DNA of 64,000 nt. Origin: Eimeria praecox (lineage: Eukaryota). A program made the translations under genes and the position numbers. The DNA is taken from NCBI GenBank assembly GCA_963920595.1, contig OY986949.1, positions 682,001 to 746,000 of the forward strand, written 5' to 3'. Below, one piece after another: positions 53,299-64,000 of the stretch. Each line of letters begins with the position of its first letter. The stretch's first letter is position 1. The notes beneath the pieces were generated by a model. It ran no database searches. It saw only the letters and a list, made by a program, of their open reading frames with translations, and was not told the DNA's origin.

Positions 53299-56200
53299 TT
53301 ACGAATGTTGCTGTATTCTAACCTGCAGTGCATCTTGGACAATTGGATCACGAAGAATATCCATGGGCTGGTGACCTCCAATGCGCAAGTATCTAACACA
53401 TGTGCGGACATTGATCCCATCTAAATGAAGCGTATCCGGCAGATGTGTTCTGATCTGAAGGGGTTCAGAGTCCGTTGCACTCTCAGTCGACGGGCGAGCT
53501 GTGCTGTCTTCGCTGGCAACCCCAGTTAGCTTCCTCTCAAAGTGAGCGCCTGCTGCACACATAGGTGCTCTGGGGCTCTGTGAGGCGGAGGCTGCCGCTT
53601 GTGTGACCATGCTGCTGCTGGCAGCTGCGTGCCGCCAAGTTGTTGTCGTTTCGCCTTCTCTTAGAAGTGTCGGTATAGTGCTCTCTTGTCCCGAATCCCC
53701 GCCAGCCCATCCACTTGTAGCGTGCTCCAAATTTGCGGTGGTAAAGGCGCTGCCTTCAGACGAGAACGTCGAGACTGAAGGTCTCATACAGACGAGGAAG
53801 GACGTCTTTTCAAAAGCTGACAATAGCACCTTCTCATTGTGAATGTCCTTTTCCAAGTCGTCCTTATAGTTGGCCTCCTTCAGCAGGCGGTTGGACATGT
53901 CTACATATGCGTCAAGGATAATGCCTAGAATTGCAAGGAACACAAAGGAGGCCTACATAAGCAGCGGTCGTTACCTCCCCTTGTTGAGTTCGTATTCTGG
54001 CAGCTACCGAAGGGCGATGTACAAGTTGAATCCTGTCAACCTGCTTTGTAAGAAACAGCAAAGGAAAGTTTCAAAAACCTACCTGTGACGATGTTCAACA
54101 GAGTCAACGTTGTGAAGCAAATATACGCCACGAAGAAGATCCGACTAAAGGGGTGTTTCTCTGCAGTCGCTGTGGCCACATTGTTCCATCCTACAGCCAC
54201 CCAACGCATCAGAATGTTTCAGCAGATAATCAATGCAGCCTGTCAAACTGCAATTGGCTTAGCTTGAAGCAGCATGCCTGTTGCAAGTATGAGCAACAGC
54301 ACCCCTCCCGAGAACCCCTGACCTGCCTTCAAGCGTGAGCACAGTGAAAAGCGTAAACATGGAGAGCACCAAATTCCCCCACAGAAGCCGCATCTCCGCG
54401 TCGTCTTCATCCTGCGTTAACAAAAGTGTGGAAACAACGAAGAGGGTATGTGCCTAGGTAGTTCCTTCAGATATTCCCTATCGCACCTTTGGTGCACGAG
54501 TCACCTCCCTTGCACCCCTCCCTCCCTCCCATGACTTCCTCTTCATCTGCACATCGCTCAGTTGTCTCAGCCAAATACAAGCTGCATCTCCTAGGAGGGT
54601 TAGTGCCATTAGAAATAGTAACCCACGTAATAGGCCCAGGTACAGAAGACTGCGCAGGTGTAGATGACAACCAGAACAAACAAAGCCGTCCACAACAGAG
54701 AACGTAGGCTGTGAAGGATGCCTGAGGCGAACACCAAGACAGCACGGCCAATATGAGAGGAGCATGTGACGCAAACAGATGCGTCTAATCTTAACAAAAA
54801 GGTGCTCCTAGCTAAGGAAAGACCGACTCCTGGTCAGGAAGAAGAGCTCTCTGCACGAGAAGGACAGACGATAAATACGCGCAAGCTGCACCGTGTCCAG
54901 AGCCTGCAGTGCACAGTAGCAAAGAGCATCAGGGCATTTGCAGTCTGCGGGCAAGACGCAAAAAATGCCGGCAACAAATTGGCATAGTATTCTGCAACAA
55001 GCTGTCCATGCTCGTCCCCTTTCTCAGTATGTAAATCCCTAGTCTAAACGCCCTTAGTGGGGGACGTCTGCCGGATGAGGTACCCCCAGGGCATACCACC
55101 AGTGCAATTTGCACATCTCCGATAATGAAATCGTTCGCAATGCCCGTTCTCCGTTCCAGCGAATCCGGGTCGAACACGCGGGTCCCCAGGCCGCCGGCGT
55201 TCACAAGGATGCAAACGCGGAGGAAGATAGCAGAGAGTCCCACCAACTGCAAGAAGGTGTCAAACAGACACTGCCGGTCTCGGAAAAAACGCTTAAGCCC
55301 CATAGCGCGGGCGCGTAAAGCAGCCTCACACGAGAAGAAACCCCAAATCAGGATGTCAGCGCAAAAGAAGCAGATGAAGGCTGTCTGTGGGCAGATGCAA
55401 GCACAATGGCACATTTACGGTTGGAAATGATGGGAAGATCGGCGTGTCACCAAGACGGCAGACCACTGAATATCAGTATGTTCAGTCTGCCCTCATTTAC
55501 AGACACGCACCTGCATGGCGGGGGGGAAGTACGTGCTGACCCCATACTTGAGCGCCGCCAGCACCACCATGAACGTTACTAAGAGTCGAAAGGACGATAA
55601 TGCGATGCGGGAATCCTGAATAAGCGCCAAAGCCAAAAGTACCTAGCACCGTAAAGTCGCGTTGCAGGTGCTTCTGCACTGACGCGCTCCACCCGCAGGC
55701 TCCTAGAAGGGGCTTTTGACGGCAGGTGCTTTAAAAGAGCCACAGGTCAACAGCAATACCTTGCACTGAGCTGTAGCACCTGCAACCAAGTGGAAGGACC
55801 CTTGCTCCCCTCTCCCAAAATTCCCCAGCAATGGCTTACTGGTGAATTGATTCTGAAGAGGCGCCGAAATTCTCTCTCCACCCCCTCATCCCTCACCGAC
55901 TCAACTAGCCAAAACGACGTGGGGTGACCCCACTGCAAGCTGCCTGCAACAAACTCCCCTTGTTTCGGCTGCTGTTGCTGCTGCCTCAGCAAATGGTAAG
56001 ATCCGCCCAGCCTGGCGCCCCCAGCAGGCAGCACCCATGCGCAATCCTCACAGCTTAGTTGCTTCCGGTGGGTTCCAGCGGTGCCAAGGGGGACGCTGGC
56101 TCCTGGAGCTGCTGCCGCTTCAGCCTGGGGGGCCTCTGCACACGTTGCCATACGAAGCTGACCCCATGAAGGTGTCGGGTTCTGCATAAAAGTAAACCCG

Positions 56201-56847
56201 ACTGGCGCCCTCACTTTCAGAGTCCCACAAACCGTACACCGAGCCCCGTTGCGTGCTTCCTCTCCCTCACGTTGTGCATCTCCAACTCCAGCGTCACTCA
56301 AATGTTGCGGTTGCTGTTCTTGTGGCTGTTGCTGAGGACGTAGTGCCGATGAATTGCGTTTCCGCGGGACCAGCTTACTGGGCGTCAAGCTGTGGACGCC
56401 GACGCTGCAGAAGAGGGGACGCTCCTGAGCCTGTCTAGGTAGGGAGGGCACGCCTTCGTAGCTGCTGCTGCTGCGGGAATCTTTGCCGCCGCAATCAGCT
56501 CTGTTGGCAGCTTCTTTGAGGGCTAAATCACGGCTTTGAGGCCTTGTTTCTCCTTCCAAGGATGGAATCTTATCACGCAGGTTTCCCCCGGAGCCCGAGC
56601 TGCCGCAGCAGCAATCTTCAGAGAGCTTCCCCTGCCTAATGGCTTCTCTTGCCTCCTCTGTGTGATGTTGCATCAGTGGTTTTCCCCCCTCAGCTGGTCC
56701 ACGTGTAGCTGTCACCAGGGGCAGCTCCGTGTGGCCTTTCATGGTTACGGTAAGGGGGCCATCGTCCTTTTCAGGGTTCTTGCTTTTGTGACTCCCAGGG
56801 GTCCCCGCCTCATCAAGTGGGGATCGGCCCCCTGCGTTCTGAGTCAT
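53299..56847 (-). CDS. Spliced single-domain six-transmembrane voltage-gated-type cation channel (Ion_trans family; Cav/NaV/CatSper-like) with a long low-complexity N-terminus
   Basis: Phase-consistent exons: ~56847-55780 (N-terminus, start uncertain); ~55640-55511 (S1 LLVTFMVVLAAL); 55384-55097 (S2-S3 FFSCEAALRARAMGLKRFFRDRQCLFD); 54903-54828 (S4 QLARIYRL..REL); 54721-54627 (S5 SLRSLLWTALFVLVVIYTCAVF); 54411-54327 (pore WGNLVLSMFTLFTVLTLE); 54190-54083 (GWNNVA..RIFFVAYICFTTLTLLNIVT); 53924-53299 (GIILDAY.., 3' end tentative). Confidence 0.85.
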
Positions 56848-57182
56848 CTTGTGAAGCAGCAGACGCAGCGGGAGTGGGATCGGGTTGCTTATGTGGATCC
56901 CGCTGGGGCTGCTGGGGGCCCCTGCAGCTGCTTCTTTGAAAGCACTCCATGCGATGGCCGAATGCAAGCCAAGGGGTTGTTCCAAGCGAAGCCCACCGGG
57001 CAAAGGAGTTCAAAGGAACAGCTCCTAAACCAACACCCAACAGCGCCAGTCACACCGGGGTGCATTCGAGTCACAGTGGCTCCCCCACTGCCCACAAGAA
57101 TGAATACGCCGGGAAATATGAGATAGAAGGGGGTTGGAAGAAAATTAAATTCTTTTCAACTGCAGGCTGGGGGGCGCCTGTC

Positions 57183-57244
57183 AGCGTCTAGCGCGCGCCC
57201 CTCCAAGCAGATGAGCGCCTAGCGTGCGCCCCTCCAAGAAGATG
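57183..57244. repeat. 31-bp tandem duplication upstream of the channel gene
   Basis: AGCGTCTAGCGCGCGCCCCTCCAAGCAGATG and AGCGCCTAGCGTGCGCCCCTCCAAGAAGATG are 28/31 identical. Confidence 0.85.
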
Positions 57245-58074
57245 CTGGTTAGTACTGGGGTTAAGGCGTAAACAGCTCCTGTCCCGTTCCTGTGTTTGTA
57301 TACTCCAGCGGATCGAATAATAGAGCTTCTCGTGAGGTAATATGCTTTTTGCTCTCTTTCAAAGTCTCCTCTAGGGGCTGCGGGCTTGCTGACTGCAGCA
57401 GCTTGATGTGAGCAGCCGTAGTGCCCAGCTCTACTGTAGGCTTGGAACTCGCAGAAAAGGTCGAGAATAATAATGTAAAAATAAGTTAAGGTAGAAACGA
57501 GCTCAATTACCTAAGTATATAGCATTTGGAGTATGCCTACAACTAACAAGACACCGGTGGCACTTTTTGGGGCTGGATAAGCCCGTGTGCATACTGGAGT
57601 AGACTACCCACGTTGGCGATTGAAGCTATCGGTGCGAGTTTGTGCTTGAGCTCTTGGGCATCAGGTAGTGGATTCTGATGCCACTGTTTCCTTTCCAAGA
57701 ATCCCTCATGATGCGCGGCGTTCTATTAGCCGGCATCACCTGTTTGTCGTGTTTTGCTGCGTACGCTGGCAGCAGAGCAAGATGTGCCATAGTTGCAAAT
57801 CTCCCGCGCCCGTTATTAGCTACATTATATATCTGGCAGTCATAGTGAAGATGACTTCATTAATTATGCAGTAAAACTTGTTAGTTGAGTGGGCTAGGGA
57901 GCCACCATCATCGGCATGTGCAAGGAGAGCCCCATATCCTACCCCGGAGCCATGGCTACTTGCGAATGAGTCAAAATGCAAAAGGTAAGCATTCCCCAGA
58001 GCAGCTGACCCAACTCCGCCCCCCAGGCGCCCTGCACACAGGGGCACAAGGGCGTGGGGCTGGTGCACACTGCC

Positions 58075-58811
58075 TGCATGCAGGTAGAAATGCATGTACT
58101 ATTTCTAGGTAGGTTATGCTGAGTCTGCTCCGGCTTCTTCCCCGAACAGTATACGCCCTACCATGCGTGATCGCCCAGAAAGGGGTGGATGGACCGAGTG
58201 AAGGGCTCCTGCCGTAACTGCTTTGACAGTTGACGCTGTTTTCATGTATACGGAGATTGAGATTATTGGAGTGCCTTTCCTCGAAATTAATATTGCTCTT
58301 CTTCTCCGTGACCACGGTGAGCATCTCCAGATGCTTCTTAAAGGGAGTTTTTGCGGATGGCTTACATGATTTTGTCTTACTGCTTTCTCCGGAGATGTTG
58401 AGGAGCATGGCCTCAGAATCATTGACAGCCCTGCCGATATTCTGCCACTCGGGAATGATGCTTTCGCTTTGCCCACAAGGAGCTCGAGGCTTACGTACAG
58501 CTTGGTGTTGTGTTCTATGCGTGTCTCAAAGGATCAAGTTTGCGCATGGACTCCATCAAACTCGAGTTGCCCCTAAACAACCCAGCAGTTCATTTCACTA
58601 GGGGTTTTGAAGTAGCCGCATTCCACATATGCTACCTCCTCTGGCTTGCGTCTTCAGACGGGCGTTTGCCTATTCAGTTGCTGTCACCCGGTTATGACTT
58701 CTTTGGCATTCTTAGCCTTCAACTCGTCCTCGCTTTCCTTCAGCACGCACTAGGGATTCTTTCCTTATCCATTCGTGAGATGAACCAGGAGGGCTCCTTT
58801 GCTTCGGTTGG

Positions 58812-58905
<94 letters not shown>

Positions 58906-59321
58906 GGTCTCGTTTTGCATTAGGTTTCCGGTTGTCAATTTCTACCTGCTCCTGCGCTTGTTGATTGGTTGGTCAGTTTTTGCTTGAGTCTAGGCTGCAT
59001 GTGTTTGTCTCAATATCCCTACTGCTGGGGGGGCCGCCTCAATCGTTTGAGCAGCGGCAGGAAGCCCGAGTTGTGCTGCTTGCTGCCTTTTCAAGTCTTT
59101 CCTGAGTTATTCTCTAACCCTGCTAGATGCCATTCTTTTCTCTTTCCTCGCTCCGAGCTGATCAACGCATAGTTCAGCTGACCCTCTGTGTGCCGCTACA
59201 AGGCGTGATGACAGCAGTTGCTGTCCCTATGCATATCCTGTTGCTATATTCCTATTTTCGCGCAGTCTAGCTGCTGTGTGTAAAGTAATTCCATAAGAAT
59301 GCTATGGCGCTAGTGCATGCA
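58075..59321. promoter_or_regulatory. TGCATGCA palindromes (58075-58082, 59314-59321) in the divergent intergenic region
   Basis: TGCATGCA is a known over-represented, ApiAP2-type non-coding motif in apicomplexans. Function at these sites is untested. Confidence 0.3.
58812..58899. repeat. Compound microsatellite (GTCT)n(CT)n(TA)n
   Basis: Directly visible; the TA tract spans 58847-58899. Confidence 0.98.
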
Positions 59322-59491
59322 TGGAATGGGGTATTGGCACACTTATATGTGGCCTTGCCTCACATCAGGAGCTGCAGCAAGCTGCAGCAAGTTGTCCTGC
59401 AACTCGTGGGAGGCTTAGCCACCAGCCCCGGGCTGTTTGTGCCGTTGTGTCCCGTACACGGAGAGTGGTGGTGAGCTCAGCGGCTTTGTAA

Positions 59492-59560
59492 AGCTCCAAT
59501 CTCCGGTATTTTGACGCTACTGCAGCTAACAGTAGCGTCAAAGTACCGGAGATTGGAGCT
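59492..59560 (+). other. Isolated near-perfect inverted repeat: 31-bp stem, 7-nt loop
   Basis: AGCTCCAATCTCCGGTATTTTGACGCTACTG-cagctaa-CAGTAGCGTCAAAGTACCGGAGATTGGAGCT; 30 Watson-Crick pairs plus 1 T-G. Confidence 0.95.
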
Positions 59561-60335
59561 GAGGGCTCTCGAGCATCACCAGGTTACTAGCGACTGATGT
59601 TTAGGGATATCACCCAGGACTGTAAAGAGACAGTGCATAGAGGGAAAAGAGTTTTCTTAATACTAGAGAGGACCAAATTGCACTTGTACTAGCCAATCTC
59701 ACGAGCAGGTGGCCCTACCTCCCGCCCAGTCCTTGTCTTGCGTTCCAGTTGAACTGCTGGCGAAGCCCCTCCTCTTAACTACCCAAAAGAAATGGAAATG
59801 TCTACTTCAATTTATAAAGGAAGGCTAATGCCCAGGTGCTGTTCAAAGGCTTTGAGCTTTCCTAGTTGCTTTCCTAGCTCACGGGCGAGGCTCTGGGCAT
59901 CTTGTCCCCGCTGCTTCGCCACTGGGGAACAGAACTCCGGGGCCCTGCTAGGGCGTAACAGAAATGGTTGAGGTCAGTGAGGGTAATCACACCTGCTAAT
60001 ATTACTTATATTGTTATTGCGAGAGGCAAAATAGCAGATAAATCGCAAGCGCCGGCGTCACAACACACGGTGCACACTCAGTGGAGGGGCCCGTGGAGGA
60101 CCCCGCATGTCTTTGTCCTCATGTATTCTGAGGAGTCACCGGAAACGCGAACAACGATCGTGGATTTGCAACAGAAGATTACGCTGGCACATTCAGTACA
60201 ACTACAACCCGCTGCGGCTGAGCGCCGGGGACAGATCCGGTCTGCTGCAGCCGCTGCGGTTGTCGTTGCACCAACTGTCAGCAGAACCCAGTTTCAGCGG
60301 CAACCAGGCCACACTGCAGGTCAGGGCGAATCCTG

Positions 60336-63224
60336 ATGGACCAACCTCAATTAGAGAGTAGCACAGATGAGGCTCAGCAGCGGATATTGCTGTTGCTGCA
60401 AGAGCAGCAGCACGTGCTGCCGCAGCTTGAGGTACCCCTTCATCAGGGAAGGTTGTCATCTCGGCGACGGATATACGAGTGTAAGGAAGGCGACGGGAAT
60501 GCTTTAGTACCATGGATAGCTCGGCCTCCCGAGCTTCTGTGCTGTTGATTCTGGAGCCACTGAATGCACGTATATCGACTTCTTCAGAACCCAGTTGAAG
60601 GAACATCAGTGCATCCTTCTTTGCATTGAAATGTGGTGGAGCGCTGGTTTCGGTCGTTGGTTCGTGTGACTGTGGCCGATGGTGGTGCAGTGTGGGAGGG
60701 AGAGAATATCTTCTGTTGCGGAGGGCGGCTGATGACAGGACCCGAGCCATTCTATCTCGTTGTCTCAATTCTGTTGCTGCTAGGGCCGTGCCTTCTCTAC
60801 TATCAGTCAGTGTACGTATACACAGCGGCTGCTACTTCAGTTTGCTGCTGCCGCTGGTGCGGTAGCAAGTTCATCCGCCATCTAAATGCAACGCGCGCTG
60901 TTGTCATTGCAGCTCATCCTTACTTATTTTCTCATGTTATGCTGCTGTCATTGGACCGCAGGATGCCTCTGATACCTTCAGAGGACCAGTTTATTTGCAG
61001 CACAGTTGTCTTCTCTTTGTTGGCCACTTGCCTTTTGCTGCTCTTCATCGTTGCCTTCACAGACCCCGGCATGTACGTTGCACCTCGTCGAAAGCACAGG
61101 TCTATTGTACGGGCTACTATGTGCTGTGGAAAGTTAAGGGAACCTGGACAGGGCGGGTGGGGGGACAGGGGGGATTAAGGCTCCGACTTTCCTGGGTACG
61201 CTTGTGCGCAGCATTCCCAGGGGAACAGGACAGCGTGGTGAGTACGTTATAGAGTCCAATCCCTTTGGGTAGAACACCTCTTTTTCTCCATTACTCGTTT
61301 TCCTGGACCATTTTTGTAAATGACCACTTCAGGATAGGGGGAGGAGCAATTGCAGAAATGTATTATCTCCACTGCTGTGGCGGGTTTACGTACCTGCCGC
61401 AGTTCGAGGAAACTGCTGCAATCTTTATTGTATGACGCAGGAGAGCGATCGAAGGAATGCGTCCTGAACGGGCAAACTGTTGTTCAGAGGTGGTGTTGTA
61501 AGCAAGCTGTCCACAATGTGCTGCCCCAGATTCATTTTTTTCTATTTTGTCTTGCCATTGTGATTATGGGCAGTATCAACACTGTACAGCAGTGTCTGCA
61601 GCTAAATAAGCACATCCAGGTATTGGCATTTGCTGTGCTGCATATGGTATTTCGAGTGATGCTGTGGTACCCTTTTTATGGTTGTTGCATGCATCTGCAT
61701 TAGCAGCAGTAGGTAGGGTATGCATGGGCTGTGGTGTTTTGAGAGTTGCATTTCATGGTGTAACTGCTGCAGCCACATGCAACGTATACCGACCCCCGCG
61801 GGCGAAGCATTGTTATACCTGTAACAATTGTGTGGCATGCTTTGACCACCACTGCCCTTGGTAAGGCTTTTATTTCTGAGTAGGCACACACGTAGTATGG
61901 GTGCCAGCTACCTCAGAAACAGGGAAGTGGGTTTCTTTTGCCAAAACGGAGCAGTGATTCAGCAAGTGGGCGCCCAGCTCGACGCATTCAAAATAAAAGC
62001 TGCGAATGCAGGGAGGCAGAGCAGTTGAAAGGCGGTAACTGCGCTAGGCTGGCTGCGTTTTGCTTCAGGATATCCAACTGTGTGGGTCTGAGAAACAGGA
62101 GGTCATTTTTTGTATTAATTTCTCTCTGTACCGCGCTTAGCATCTCAATCCTTGTCAGCGCAATTCTTGCTGCGTTGGTACGATAGCCCAGATCACTTAA
62201 CCAGCTCCCGTCCTTTGTCTTTTTGTACTTAGAGTTTGCACGTGCACAGTTGTTGGAATTTGGTTGTCATTTGAGAAAGACTACACGTATTTCAGCATGT
62301 TAACGACCAGGCTGAACTTGAACGGGCGCAACTTCAGCTGGGTTTCAAGACCTTCTGGGAAATAATCACCACTCGTAAAGCCCTGTGAGCATACGTTTCT
62401 TTCGATTCCTACTTTGCACTTCTCTCTCTTTGTGTTTTGAAGGGAGCCCTCGAGCTCTACTTGCTAACGCCATGTCATGGGTGGGTCGGTTGCCTGTTAG
62501 TGGGTTTGCGTTGCTGTGCGTTTGATGAGTATTGTTCTGTTACGTTATTGTTAAAGCTGTGACGCATGGATAATGCACTTTGCAGGGGAGCGGAAGTTGC
62601 GTTTTGCGGGCTGGCGAGCCTTCTCCTGCTAAATCTTGTCTGCTTCAACAGCTACCTGATCACCATGAATCTCACGACTGCTGAAGAATTCCATCGGCCC
62701 TATGGAGAGGCAAACCCGTTTTCTGAGGGTGAGCAGCGTTAATAGGGAAGATGCCGAAACCCAAAAACCATTATGGCCATATTTGCGCACCAGTGCTTGC
62801 AAACGTGGAGTGTTCGGGTTTCGCATGAGAGCGCCTGTGCGATTTGGCGTTTTTAGGGTGGAAGTTAAACTGCTATCATTTTTGGTGTTTGAAGACAGAG
62901 CCATGGTGACTCGAACACAAGGCACACAGCAAGCTTGCAGCTTCCAGAGGCACCTAAAGCGGCATCTTATTTCCCGTGCACGAAGCCCGCGCTTGCACTG
63001 TAGATACCATGGACACATCGAAAGTTCACTCTGACCGCATTGAAGGTTTCATAGTGGGTGCTCTTGTAACCTGCAGTGCGATCAACTTCCGGACTTTCGT
63101 CAATGTATTCGCTGATGGAGCGCCGCCAGGGCCCGACAACCCACCACGATCACCGTCTATGCAATCATCCTCCTTTAACAGCACAGAATCTCCTCAGCAC
63201 CAGTCTACCGCTGAGAACGCTTAG
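60336..63224 (+). CDS. Spliced DHHC zinc-finger protein S-acyltransferase (palmitoyltransferase), ERF2/ZDHHC9-like N-terminal motif, 11 exons
   Basis: Phase-consistent GT-AG exons 60336-60480, 60691-60811, 60962-61072, 61212-61237, 61441-61497, 61773-61860, 62069-62177, 62296-62384, 62586-62728, 62857-62905, 63077-63224. They encode [79 protein letters not shown] and NPFSEG. The last exon is tentative (alternative stop at 62909). Confidence 0.95.
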
Positions 63225-64000
63225 AAATGTAGCATATATGCAACAGCTAACGTATCTGGAGGCAACATGTGACCTTTCTGACGTATCCCGTGAGTAAACA
63301 AGATGAGGAACTTCATGGCGAAGCATACATTAATCCACGTTGTTAATGCCCCAAACATGCTATTGCCACTGAAGAAATCCATGTTGGAGTGATATGCACG
63401 GTTAGCACCGGTGGTGGCAAATTCTAGAACTCATGCCCGAACAGGCTGGTATCGCACTGTTTATATTCGTTTTATTTTTATCGCATCCGGTCTCAGGCTG
63501 GTTGCCATTTAACCCTCACTACATTCTACAGTGCTTTTCTATTCGTCGGCTTACACTTTCCGGGACCCTTGGCAGGCGTTAGTGTTAACGAGTACTGCCT
63601 GCCTACAGTCTGTAGGCTTACACATCCTACATATGTCCCAGAGGTTTCTACGACCGCTTGCCTAAATCGTTTGCGGCAACAGCCAGGACTCTCCGGTGGT
63701 GATCTGGCGCCCTTGGGTCTCTGCAGCCACTACCTATCTAATGATGCAGGAGCGTAGGCGCTCTAAAAGTTTTTTCCGCTGTCACAATTGCTGTCAGAGC
63801 GACTCCTGTCGGGACCCCATTAGCCCAACACTGATTCCTCGTACGACGAACGCAGGGCAGTATAATGAAGGCCCCCTGACCTCCGCGTTCATCTCGCACG
63901 CTCTAATTCGCGTAGCAACGTCTGTTCATCGCGCCACTACACGACTCAACGCATGCTCTGAACCCTGCAGGAACCAAAATATTATCCAAATACCACTATT

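Noticed and set aside
56536..57126. 196-aa plus-strand ORF
   Set aside because: Antisense shadow of the channel's first exon.
57820..58990. ORFs in the intergenic region, including YIYIYI-containing ones
   Set aside because: No recognisable homology; the YI runs are translated TA microsatellite. A small unrecognised gene cannot be excluded.
63939..63951. Short match ACACGACTCAACG to the array linker
   Set aside because: Too short and isolated to exceed chance convincingly.

Overview
Eukaryotic genomic DNA, probably from a coccidian apicomplexan (inferred from many short spliceosomal introns, CAG-rich tracts and TGCATGCA motifs; not proven). Bases 1 to ~49,800 are a head-to-tail array of ~53 near-identical 943-bp units that runs off the left edge. 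Each unit is two diverged ~255-bp monomers (A 254 bp, B 258 bp) plus a 431-bp segment C with 51-bp inverted ends. Pairing by hand shows two long, bulge-free fold-backs per unit that share the same basal duplex. H1 is a 56-bp stem closed by a GCAA (GNRA) tetraloop; H2 is a 112-bp stem around a 323-nt loop. C/A-rich linkers separate them. G-U pairs favour the + strand, the duplex core is conserved between H1 and H2 while the linkers diverge, and the divergent terminal copy keeps its apical stem through G-U pairs. The array may therefore be a polycistronic hairpin-RNA (small-RNA precursor) locus rather than inert satellite; this is a hypothesis and there is no expression evidence here. The ORFs in the array look spurious. 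The unique right part holds a minus-strand single-domain 6-TM cation channel gene (TLEGW filter, one GC-AG intron), a plus-strand 11-exon DHHC palmitoyltransferase gene, and between them an isolated near-perfect 31-bp hairpin, a microsatellite and a 31-bp tandem duplication.
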